IMG/VR virus record: IMGVR_UViG_3300048785_000093
Location: 1-44,480 of that record
Length of the DNA: 44,480 nucleotides
Source: a virus
Reading direction: 5' to 3' (one strand)
A model generated the notes under the pieces. That model made no database searches. It was given only the letters and a program-made list of their open reading frames with translations, and was not told the origin of the DNA. Each line of letters opens with the position of its first letter. The stretch's first letter is position 1. The position numbers were made by a program, and so were the translations under genes. Positions 1 through 7,829 of the stretch are shown here, piece after piece.

Positions 1-127
1 CAATCCCGGATGGATGACTCCCGCCGAAGCCATCAAAGCAATCGCGGCTGGACATCGAAACCGCCTGATGCGCGACTGGCTCGAACCGAGCAGCGAAGTC
101 GGGAATGATGAGCGCCTATATCTGCTG
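1..127. repeat. Terminal direct repeat, identical to 44354..44480 (circular-closure overlap)
   Basis: Base-by-base comparison of the first and last 127 nt shows 127/127 identity. Confidence 0.97.
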
Positions 128-397
128 GCGGCAGCGTCAATCGGATGTGAAGGCGGGGATGCCCCTGAATTTGAGCAGATGGATTTGCTCATGGGAAACT
201 GCTCAAAAGGACAATGCACATTCTTGAAAGATGGGCGGTGTGAAATCCACGCGACTGACTATAAGCCAAAACAGTGCCGCGAAAGTCTAGGCTGCGAACA
301 TTCAGGGCCGGATAATTATGAGATGGCACGCCTTTGGAATACTGACGAAGGACGAAACGCGCTCGCTGCATGGTCTAACATAAAAGCTGAGCGATGA
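1..397 (+). CDS. 3' part of the YkgJ/UPF0153-like Cys-rich protein
   Basis: The C-terminal motif CTFLKDGRCEIHATDYKPKQCRE matches the YkgJ pattern C.FL..g.C.IY..RP..C. This piece is the continuation of 44256..44480. Confidence 0.7.
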   Translation, partial: NPGWMTPAEAIKAIAAGHRNRLMRDWLEPSSEVGNDERLYLLAAASIGCEGGDAPEFEQMDLLMGNCSKGQCTFLKDGRCEIHATDYKPKQCRESLGCEHSGPDNYEMARLWNTDEGRNALAAWSNIKAER

Positions 398-1098
398 GCG
401 CCACTGAAACCATACCCACTGCAAATGACGCACGCGGCGCTCATTCGCTCCAGCGTCTTGTTGGGCGTCATTCGTGGGCGCTCCTGATAAATGCCGACTG
501 CCGAGACGTGCGCGAACAACTCCAGGCGGATGCAATCGTGAGTGACCCGCCGTATGGAATGGACTGGGACGGGCGAATCACTCGCGGCCCAAACGGGACA
601 GGCAAGCAAGGCGCAACTCGCAGCTTCGGTGACAGAATCATGCACGACGCCGAGGACTTCGACCCGACGCCGTGGCTCGAATATGAGCGCGTGGTGCTGT
701 GGGGATGGCTGCACTACGCGCAACGGCTGCCGAAGGGCAGCGCGCTCGTCTGGCTCAAGAGATACGATGACGGCTTCGGGAGCTTCCTGTCTGACGCGGA
801 CATTGCCTGGATGAAGGGCGGTCACGGAATCTACTGCAAGCGCGACGTGAGCCTGCAAGGTGAATCGAGTCAGAAGCTACACCCGACGCAAAAGCCTGTG
901 CCTCTCATGGCGTGGTGTATCGAGATGGCGAAAGTGCCGGAAGGCGGCACGGTCTGCGATCCCTACATGGGCAGCGGAACAACTGGTGTGGCGTGTGTGC
1001 GCCTGCATCGGAACTTCATCGGCGTCGAGAAGGACAAGCGGCACTTCGACAACGCCTGCGACCGAATCCGCCGCGAACTAGAGGGCGCGTTGCTATGA
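394..1098 (+). CDS. DNA methyltransferase, beta-class (motif IV before motif I), probably N6-adenine
   Basis: IVSDPPYG occurs near the N-terminus and CDPYMGSGTTGVACVRLHRNFIGVEKD near the C-terminus. ATGA overlap with the upstream gene. Confidence 0.85.
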   Translation: MSATETIPTANDARGAHSLQRLVGRHSWALLINADCRDVREQLQADAIVSDPPYGMDWDGRITRGPNGTGKQGATRSFGDRIMHDAEDFDPTPWLEYERVVLWGWLHYAQRLPKGSALVWLKRYDDGFGSFLSDADIAWMKGGHGIYCKRDVSLQGESSQKLHPTQKPVPLMAWCIEMAKVPEGGTVCDPYMGSGTTGVACVRLHRNFIGVEKDKRHFDNACDRIRRELEGALL

Positions 1099-1219
1099 CG
1101 CCCAACGCTCGTGCTGACCTACCCCGCATTGACGATGTGAACCGCGAAAGCGGACGTGAGGGGAACAATAGGGGTTAGGTCCGGCACGTTGTTAGACGGC
1201 GAAATAACGATATACAAAT

Positions 1220-1465
1220 ATGAAAACACCAGAACAGATAGCGGAACAAAACGGATGGGATGGATACGCCTCAATCGTGGATCAACGCGACATCGCCGAC
1301 ATCCAGAAGGAGGCATGGAACGAAGCACTGGAAACCGCTGCCAGAAAGGTCAAGGCACTGTCACACGGACTGGACTGTTCTTGTGACGGCTGCGTGGCTC
1401 GAAAGAATGACGTGACGACGATTTTTGAACAGCGCATCGCCGAGCCGTCTAACATTCGGAGCTGA
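1220..1465 (+). CDS. Hypothetical protein (81 aa)
   Basis: ORF with plausible composition. No motif recognised. Confidence 0.5.
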   Translation: MKTPEQIAEQNGWDGYASIVDQRDIADIQKEAWNEALETAARKVKALSHGLDCSCDGCVARKNDVTTIFEQRIAEPSNIRS

Positions 1466-1468
1466 GCC

Positions 1469-2119
1469 ATGCGCGACCCAAAATCATCCAACCGCGAAGC
1501 GGAACTGACCGCGCCACCGCGCATTGGCTCCGGCGACTTGTTAGAGCGTCGGGCCAAAAGACTCGCGTATAAAAGACGGTGGAACTCAGAACATCCTGGA
1601 CACTGGCGCAACTGGCCATCAAGCAAAAATCCAAAGCTGAAAAAGCAATGGCGCTCGAAATGGAAAAAGACGCATCCCGAAATGGTGCGTGCCGACAATC
1701 TGAAAAGACACCGCAACCGAGTCCGCGATGTCACAGTGACGTATATCCGAAATCACTGGACGAACAAATGGGGACTCAAAAACGTGCCGACAGCCCTGCT
1801 GGAAACTGCCGCCATCGTCATCAAAATCCAGCGTGAACTAAAACAACAAAACTATGGCAACACCGAAAAACATCGAAGAACTGCGAACCGACCTGCTGGA
1901 CGTGTATCAGTGGGTGAAAGCCGATCCGCGCCGCGCCGGACAATGCAAGGAAATGACCAATGCCGCCGGCAAGATCATCGGCACGCTCAAGCTGGAACTC
2001 GAATACTCCATGCTGCGGAAGGAATCACCAAACATCGCCTTCCTAAACTACTCAAACCGAAACAAGGCGTGACCCCGCGCTCTAACAAAGCGGATATGCA
2101 ACATCAGAAATCGGTTTGA
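1469..2119 (+). CDS. Highly basic Lys/Arg/Trp-rich protein. Only about the first 128 codons look coding.
   Basis: The N-terminal part has repeated W/K/R-NPE-like units and ends ...IQRELKQQNYG. Beyond nt ~1854 the translation becomes Arg/Gly-rich junk, and the +1 frame looks coding instead. Confidence 0.4.
   Translation: MRDPKSSNREAELTAPPRIGSGDLLERRAKRLAYKRRWNSEHPGHWRNWPSSKNPKLKKQWRSKWKKTHPEMVRADNLKRHRNRVRDVTVTYIRNHWTNKWGLKNVPTALLETAAIVIKIQRELKQQNYGNTEKHRRTANRPAGRVSVGESRSAPRRTMQGNDQCRRQDHRHAQAGTRILHAAEGITKHRLPKLLKPKQGVTPRSNKADMQHQKSV
1854..2072 (+). CDS. Hypothetical helical protein (72 aa), candidate small terminase component
   Basis: G/C third positions are frequent in this frame and the sequence is plausible (MATPKNIEELRTDLLDVYQWVKADPRRAG...). 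It lies upstream of the large terminase. Confidence 0.5.
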   Translation: MATPKNIEELRTDLLDVYQWVKADPRRAGQCKEMTNAAGKIIGTLKLELEYSMLRKESPNIAFLNYSNRNKA

Positions 2120-2123
2120 ACCC

Positions 2124-2405
2124 ATGTCTAACTTTCGTTCAACACGTTACGCAAGGCTCAAGCAGGCCCGGCGCCGGGAAGGAATAGCGGCTTATTATCG
2201 CCACAAAGCCGATGCGGCGCGGATACCGGAAAACGAGAATGTGCTTCGGACACGGGTTTCCGCTGATGTCGTGGTTACGATCAAATTCAAAGGCCAGCCG
2301 CAGATGCAGTTCAGCACATACCGGACGCCTTGGGGCGGCTGGACTATTAGCCCGACGCTGGCCGGGCAGAAAGTTCAACAGATGATGCTCCACGCCACGA
2401 CCTGA
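2124..2405 (+). CDS. Hypothetical protein (93 aa)
   Basis: ORF immediately upstream of the large terminase. No motif recognised. Confidence 0.45.
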   Translation: MSNFRSTRYARLKQARRREGIAAYYRHKADAARIPENENVLRTRVSADVVVTIKFKGQPQMQFSTYRTPWGGWTISPTLAGQKVQQMMLHATT

Positions 2406-2424
2406 AAATCATGGTTATCCCTTT

Positions 2425-4476
2425 ATGACAACCGTTGAAAAACCAAAGACAAGCCACGGGCCGCCGCAGGGTGAGGCTGAACTGGCGGCGCTGTTTGAGC
2501 GCCTTGGGGTGACGACGCATCCCATGCTGCGTCTGCCCACGGTGGCGGAGGCGCGCGCGCTGGTGATGAGTCCGAACGGAAGCGAGGCGCTATATGGCCT
2601 GTTGGAGAAGCGCGAGAGACGGATTCTGCTGGCGGAAAACGACCCATTGAGCTGGGGCTGGGAATTTGAACCGTGGGAGGATGCGGACGCGATTTTGACG
2701 GGCCCGGGAAAAGCGCCGGGGGAACCCACGCCGCATATTCTGGCACTCTTTGGGGAGAATCGCTGCACCAAAACCTGGTATGCGGTCAAACGGGCACTGC
2801 AGGTGGCCAAGTGGTATCCGAAAAGCCTGGTGGTGATTTTGAGCGAGAAGGACGAGACAAGCATTTCACAGATCCAGAGCAAAATTGTGTGGGAAGTGTA
2901 TTTCCAGCGCGAATACCAGGCGATGAACGGCAAGCGGTCGCCGGCGAGCACGCTGGCGATCAATTACGGCCAGAAGAACGGATTTACTGACGGTAAAATC
3001 GTGCTGGAGAACGGGAGCGAAATTTATTTTTTGAGTTACGTGGCCGAGCCGGCGACCTACGAGGGCTGGGAATTCGGCGCGAAACAGGACATTTATGAAA
3101 AGACAAGCGCGGAACGCCGGGCGCTGGGACTGTTTGTGCCGCCGAATGTGGGGGCGGTGGCGGACGAAAGCATGCCGCTGGCCTGGTTCAAGATGCTTGA
3201 GCGGCGCGTGCGCTGGCGCGGGGCGAAACTAATCTGGAGTTTCACGCCGATCAAAGGGATCACGCCGGCGATGAAGCAAGTGACGGGGGCGGGCACGCGG
3301 ACGCTGCGGAGCAAACCAAGCCCGCTGCTGCCGGGCAGGAACGTGGGAGATTGTCCGATTGGGCACATGCCTTATATCCGCAAATGCAGTTATCCGGGCG
3401 CAATGGCGATCCATTTCTTTGGCGGGTTCAATCCGATGGGACCGGCGCCGGGCCGGACATACCACGACGCGGTGGCGGAGAGTTGTGCCGGCAAAACCAC
3501 GGAATATATCGAGCGGATCGGCTACGGGTTCGCACGCGACAGCATCGCGCGGGCGTTTCCGAATTTTGGGCCGCTGAACATTGTGGCGCGGGGCGCGATC
3601 CCGGCGAAAGGCACGAATTACTTTTTCTTTGACCCGCATGGGACTCGGAATTTTCCGATGGTATGGGTGCGGGCGGTGCCGACGCGGCCGACAAGCTGGT
3701 ATTTTTACCGGGAATGGCCGGACCTGGCAACCTACGGGGAATGGGCGGTGCCGACCGAACGCGAGGTGAACGACCAGCAGCGGAAAGGCTGGGACGGCGA
3801 TCCGGGCCCGGCGCAGACGGGGCTGGGATGGGGCGTGGAAAGGTATAAGCAGGAAATCCTCAAACAAGAATTGATTGAATTGCCTAAAACTTTTAATCCC
3901 AGCACGGGACATACTTTCCCGAACATAACACCAGAGGATGATTTTGAACTGATGATTGCTCCCGTTGTTGACCAATATCACCAACGCCGCTTGCGGGAAG
4001 CGTGGAGAGCCGGAGAGCCCATGCACGAATTGCACGAGGAGATTGCGGCGCGGTTTGGGGACCCGCGCGGGATCCACAATGAGCACGTGAGCGAGAAGGG
4101 CGGGACTACGCTTTACGATTTATTCGAGACGGAGCAGGTGGACCCGAGGACGGGCGCGGTGATGGCGCCGGCGATGGAGTTGTGGGACGCGCCGACATCC
4201 CGGCGCACGAACAGCGAGGAGGCGGATGAGGGGATAACGCTGTTAAACGGGCTGCTGGGCAGTCCGCTGGACGCGATGCCGGGGCTGCATCAGCCGCGGG
4301 TGTTTGTGTGCGAAGAATGCCGGCAGTTGATCTGGATGTTTGAGAATTACACGGGACGGAGCGGCGGGACCGGGGCCGCGAAGGATTTTGCCGATCTGGC
4401 GAAATACGCATGCCTGGCAGAATTGGAAGCGATTGATCCGGAACGGAAGACGGGCAGACCGGGCAGGGGATTTTAA
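2425..4476 (+). CDS. terL: Terminase large subunit
   Basis: Walker A-like LFGENRCTKT (compare GgNRsGKT of terminases) and Walker B-like VGAVADE. Nuclease-type acidic motifs FFFDPHG, RFGDPRG and KDFADLAKYA. The position ahead of the portal gene fits. Confidence 0.75.
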   Translation: MTTVEKPKTSHGPPQGEAELAALFERLGVTTHPMLRLPTVAEARALVMSPNGSEALYGLLEKRERRILLAENDPLSWGWEFEPWEDADAILTGPGKAPGEPTPHILALFGENRCTKTWYAVKRALQVAKWYPKSLVVILSEKDETSISQIQSKIVWEVYFQREYQAMNGKRSPASTLAINYGQKNGFTDGKIVLENGSEIYFLSYVAEPATYEGWEFGAKQDIYEKTSAERRALGLFVPPNVGAVADESMPLAWFKMLERRVRWRGAKLIWSFTPIKGITPAMKQVTGAGTRTLRSKPSPLLPGRNVGDCPIGHMPYIRKCSYPGAMAIHFFGGFNPMGPAPGRTYHDAVAESCAGKTTEYIERIGYGFARDSIARAFPNFGPLNIVARGAIPAKGTNYFFFDPHGTRNFPMVWVRAVPTRPTSWYFYREWPDLATYGEWAVPTEREVNDQQRKGWDGDPGPAQTGLGWGVERYKQEILKQELIELPKTFNPSTGHTFPNITPEDDFELMIAPVVDQYHQRRLREAWRAGEPMHELHEEIAARFGDPRGIHNEHVSEKGGTTLYDLFETEQVDPRTGAVMAPAMELWDAPTSRRTNSEEADEGITLLNGLLGSPLDAMPGLHQPRVFVCEECRQLIWMFENYTGRSGGTGAAKDFADLAKYACLAELEAIDPERKTGRPGRGF

Positions 4477-4494
4477 TAAAAACTGAAAGGATTT

Positions 4495-4875
4495 ATGAAG
4501 CGCGATGAATTCCAGAAATTGCCGCACTTGCTGACGCTGGCGCAGGTGGTGGCGTGCGGCTATTCGCCGGCGACGGTGGGGAAATACGCAGCCGCGGGGA
4601 TCCTGCGGGCGGTGCTTCCCAAAGGGACGACCCAAAGGCGATACCAGAAGTTGCAAGTGGCGCAGTTGCTCGGCTGGGAGGACGCGATTGACCGGAAAAG
4701 CTGGTGGCGCGAGAAACCACTGCTGCCGCCATGCGCGGTGAGCCAGTGGACAGGCTACGCGCCCAAGACGGTGGTGGAGATTGCGGAGGCTGGAGGCCTG
4801 ACAACCGTGCTGCCGGGCGGAGTGGGTGAACGGAAGTTCAGGAAGGAAGAAATCGAGGAGTGGCTGGGTTTATGA
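4495..4875 (+). CDS. Tandem excisionase-type (HTH_17-like) DNA-binding protein
   Basis: Two internal repeats: LLTLAQVVACGYSPATVGKYAAAGIL...RRYQKLQVAQLLG and AVSQWTGYAPKTVVEIAEAGGL...RKFRKEEIEEWLG. Confidence 0.55.
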   Translation: MKRDEFQKLPHLLTLAQVVACGYSPATVGKYAAAGILRAVLPKGTTQRRYQKLQVAQLLGWEDAIDRKSWWREKPLLPPCAVSQWTGYAPKTVVEIAEAGGLTTVLPGGVGERKFRKEEIEEWLGL

Positions 4876-5069
4876 TGAGCAGACAACAGAACCGGCGGCA
4901 CAGGATTGGCGGGGCGCTGGCCAGCCAGTTGCACCCAGTGCGGACACTGGCGGCGGTGGGACAGATCCTGGGCATGAAAAGCCAGCACGTTGAGCAGATC
5001 CAAAATATGGCGCTGTGGAAGTTGAGCATGGCCTTCAAGAAAGAAACGCAGGAGCTAAAGCAGGGTTGA
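4872..5069 (+). CDS. Stand-alone sigma-70 region 4.2-like HTH protein (65 aa)
   Basis: TLAAVGQILGMKSQHVEQIQNMALWKL aligns with RpoD [27 protein letters not shown]. ATG at 4872 overlaps the upstream stop. The ORF track starts it at GTG 4860. Confidence 0.6.
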   Translation: MMSRQQNRRHRIGGALASQLHPVRTLAAVGQILGMKSQHVEQIQNMALWKLSMAFKKETQELKQG

Positions 5070-5097
5070 AGGCGGCAAAGACGGGTTGAAATAAGGG
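5057..5097 (+). promoter_or_regulatory. Copy A of a duplicated 41-nt element with two GGGTTGAA boxes 20 nt apart
   Basis: AAAGCAGGGTTGAAGGCGGCAAAGACGGGTTGAAATAAGGG. It matches copy B at 35 of 41 positions, overlaps the stop codon of the upstream ORF and precedes the portal gene. Confidence 0.6.
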
Positions 5098-5141
5098 TGA
5101 AAGCCGAAGGCCAGAGGCCAAAGTGGTAAGAATGAGGCCAC

Positions 5142-7370
5142 ATGCCTGACAACGCGGACAAACTGGTGAGCAATCCGGATCCTTGCGTGGACTTGCTGAT
5201 GGAGGAATACAAGATGGCAAGCCCGCTGGGGGAAGGATTGTTTGACGCGAACTTTTGCGAGAACGTGCGGCGCAATCTCTGGCCGGGACAATCTCCGGAC
5301 GGCCGGAAATGGGATGAGTGGCAGGCGGATGGCGAACCGGCCGAGCCCTGGGATGGATGCAGCGATACACGGGTGCCGGCGGTGGACGGGGCGATCAATG
5401 CCGGCGTGGCGCTGGGCATGGCGGCGTTCCGGCGCGCGGAACTGACGGTGGCGACGGTGAACCCGGATGCGACGCCAATGGAAGGCCCGCTCTCGGCCTT
5501 TGGCCATTGGATGCTACGAAAGCGGTTCCGGCGCGAGCTCGAGCTGGAGGCGGAATTGAGCCTGCAATACATAGGCGAATACGGCTACTGCTGCGCCTAT
5601 GTGGGCTGGGAACGCGAATTGAACAAACGGCGCAAGATGGTGACGCTGGAGGAGTTGGCGCCGCTGGCGCAGCAAAACCCGGAATTTCAAAACCTGGTCC
5701 CGATGATCCTGGAAAGCCCGGACCTCGATGACGTGAGCGCACAGGCGATCCAGCAGATTTACCGGCTTTATGTGACGCAGGAAATGGCCGGAAAGGGATT
5801 TTTTGAGGATGAACTGGACGACGATAAACTGCTGACTCTGAAACTTTCCACGGCCAAGAGCTACGTTCGGGAGTTGCGCGAAGAGGGCAAGGTGGAAGTG
5901 CCCATGCCCTACGTGAGCAAGAATCAGCCACTCGTTTACATGGCGCGGCCGTATCACGAATTTTTGTGCTCGCGCGGCACGACGGAGATCCAGAGCGCGC
6001 GCTGCCTGTTTTTGCGCCGGACGTTCACCGAGGCTGAACTGGACGCGAAATTGCAGGACGGGTGGGACCCTAAATTTGTGGAGGAAGCCAAGAAGACGAA
6101 GGGGTCGCTTTCGATGTGGGGTAATCCGAGCGGACAGCCGACGATAGCGCCGACGAACATGAGCCCGGCCAAAGTGGTGGGCGGAGTGCGCTGGTATAAG
6201 CTGACACAAAGCCAATACGAACGCATTGAAATCGTTTATGCCTTCCGGCGCAACACGGACGAGAACGGCGTGACGGAAATTTACCAGACGATTTTAAGCC
6301 CGCACATCACGCATGATCCCAATGGCAAAAAGGATTTTTGCGCGAAGCACGAACTGGTGGACTACGCGCACGGGCGGTATCCGTTTGTGGCGCTCAAGCG
6401 GGAGAACCTGGGGCGGGGCCTGACGGAGACGCGGAGCGTGAGCGAGATTGGCGGGACATGGCAGGCGGAGGAGAAGACGCAGCGCGACATGCTGTTCAAC
6501 CGGGCGCAACTGGACACGCTGCCGCCGATCAGCGTTCCGAAGCTGGGCGGAACGGATTACAAGCTGGGCCCGGGCGCGCAGGTGCCTACGAAACGCGGGG
6601 ATGAATACAAGAAGCTGTTTGAACTGGGCCAGCCGCCAACACTGGCGCTGGAGATCATCAAGCTGCTGGCGGTGGAGCGCGCGGATTATTTCGGGCTGTT
6701 CCATCCGGAAGTGCCGCAGCCGGTGACGACGAGCAAACAGGAAAAGTCCTCGGGCGATTACTTCACATTCTGGTCGGAAATCCTTTTGCAGATGACGGCG
6801 TTATACCTGCAATACAATCCGCAGGAAGCGGCGCGGGTGACGGGCACTCCGGAGATTGCGGCGATTGACCCATTTGACTTGATGCAGAGCATCCAGTTTG
6901 GAATGGCGTTCGACATCATGGAACTGGACCACGATTACCTGATGAAGAAGCTGGAGACGATCGCGGAAAAGATACTGCCACTGGACGTGACGGGGACGAT
7001 AGACCGGAGCGCGCTGATTGCGCTGGCGGTGCGGATGATAGACAGCCGGCTGGCGGACAAGATTTTGATGGACCGCGGCGCGGCGAGCCAGAAGGTGTTT
7101 GACGACGTGATGGCGCAAACGATCAAGATGGCCAACGGGAACGAGGCGCAATACGTGGACAACGACCCCACGGCGCCGATGAAGATGCAATTTTTGCAGC
7201 AGATCGTGGCAAACAATCCGAAGTATCAGCAGCTCATGCAACAGGACGGCCGGTTTGTTCAACTCATGGAGAATTACAGCAAGAGCCTGCAAATGAGCAT
7301 TGACCAGCAACAGAACAAACAGGTCGGGCGGATCGGGGTGAAACCGATGACGGGAGTGCCGCAACAATGA
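5142..7370 (+). CDS. Portal protein (probable)
   Basis: 742-aa ORF in the canonical position after the large terminase and before scaffold and capsid. No specific motif verified. Confidence 0.6.
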   Translation: MPDNADKLVSNPDPCVDLLMEEYKMASPLGEGLFDANFCENVRRNLWPGQSPDGRKWDEWQADGEPAEPWDGCSDTRVPAVDGAINAGVALGMAAFRRAELTVATVNPDATPMEGPLSAFGHWMLRKRFRRELELEAELSLQYIGEYGYCCAYVGWERELNKRRKMVTLEELAPLAQQNPEFQNLVPMILESPDLDDVSAQAIQQIYRLYVTQEMAGKGFFEDELDDDKLLTLKLSTAKSYVRELREEGKVEVPMPYVSKNQPLVYMARPYHEFLCSRGTTEIQSARCLFLRRTFTEAELDAKLQDGWDPKFVEEAKKTKGSLSMWGNPSGQPTIAPTNMSPAKVVGGVRWYKLTQSQYERIEIVYAFRRNTDENGVTEIYQTILSPHITHDPNGKKDFCAKHELVDYAHGRYPFVALKRENLGRGLTETRSVSEIGGTWQAEEKTQRDMLFNRAQLDTLPPISVPKLGGTDYKLGPGAQVPTKRGDEYKKLFELGQPPTLALEIIKLLAVERADYFGLFHPEVPQPVTTSKQEKSSGDYFTFWSEILLQMTALYLQYNPQEAARVTGTPEIAAIDPFDLMQSIQFGMAFDIMELDHDYLMKKLETIAEKILPLDVTGTIDRSALIALAVRMIDSRLADKILMDRGAASQKVFDDVMAQTIKMANGNEAQYVDNDPTAPMKMQFLQQIVANNPKYQQLMQQDGRFVQLMENYSKSLQMSIDQQQNKQVGRIGVKPMTGVPQQ

Positions 7371-7702
7371 ATTTGAAATTCTGGCATCGGCAACAATCGA
7401 GCGGGGCGGAGTATGTGCGCCGGCTGGTGCCGATGGACGCGGCGGACAAGCGACAGGCGGAGCTGGAGCGCGACCTGGCGCTGGCGGGCATACGCGAAGA
7501 CCATCCGGTCTGGCAGGCGGTGCTGTTGCTGGTGGACGAGTGCGCGCAAGGCGCGCTTGAAGGCGCGCTGGCGCCGAATCTCACCAACGAACAGCGGCAG
7601 TTTGGCGCGGGCGCGGCGGCCAACGCGGAATACGTGGCCACCCTACTGCGGGACGCGCGGCTGCTGGCGGCGCAGAGGGCGGCCAAGGTAAAGCAGGGTT
7701 GA
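7367..7702 (+). CDS. Hypothetical protein (111 aa)
   Basis: ATGA-coupled to the portal gene. Ends ...KVKQG, the same last three residues as the 4872 ORF, because of the shared DNA element. Confidence 0.5.
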   Translation: MNLKFWHRQQSSGAEYVRRLVPMDAADKRQAELERDLALAGIREDHPVWQAVLLLVDECAQGALEGALAPNLTNEQRQFGAGAAANAEYVATLLRDARLLAAQRAAKVKQG

Positions 7703-7730
7703 AGACGTCAAAGGCGGGTTGAAACGCGGG
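7690..7730 (+). promoter_or_regulatory. Copy B of the duplicated 41-nt GGGTTGAA-box element
   Basis: AAAGCAGGGTTGAAGACGTCAAAGGCGGGTTGAAACGCGGG. It precedes the scaffold/capsid genes. Confidence 0.6.
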
Positions 7731-7829
7731 CGGAGACTTACCAAATAACTTCCAAGGCCGTTAAGTAGTTACATCGGGCGAACGTGTCGGCCCGAGTTAA
7801 CAACTTCGACACGGGATTCCGCAGAACAC

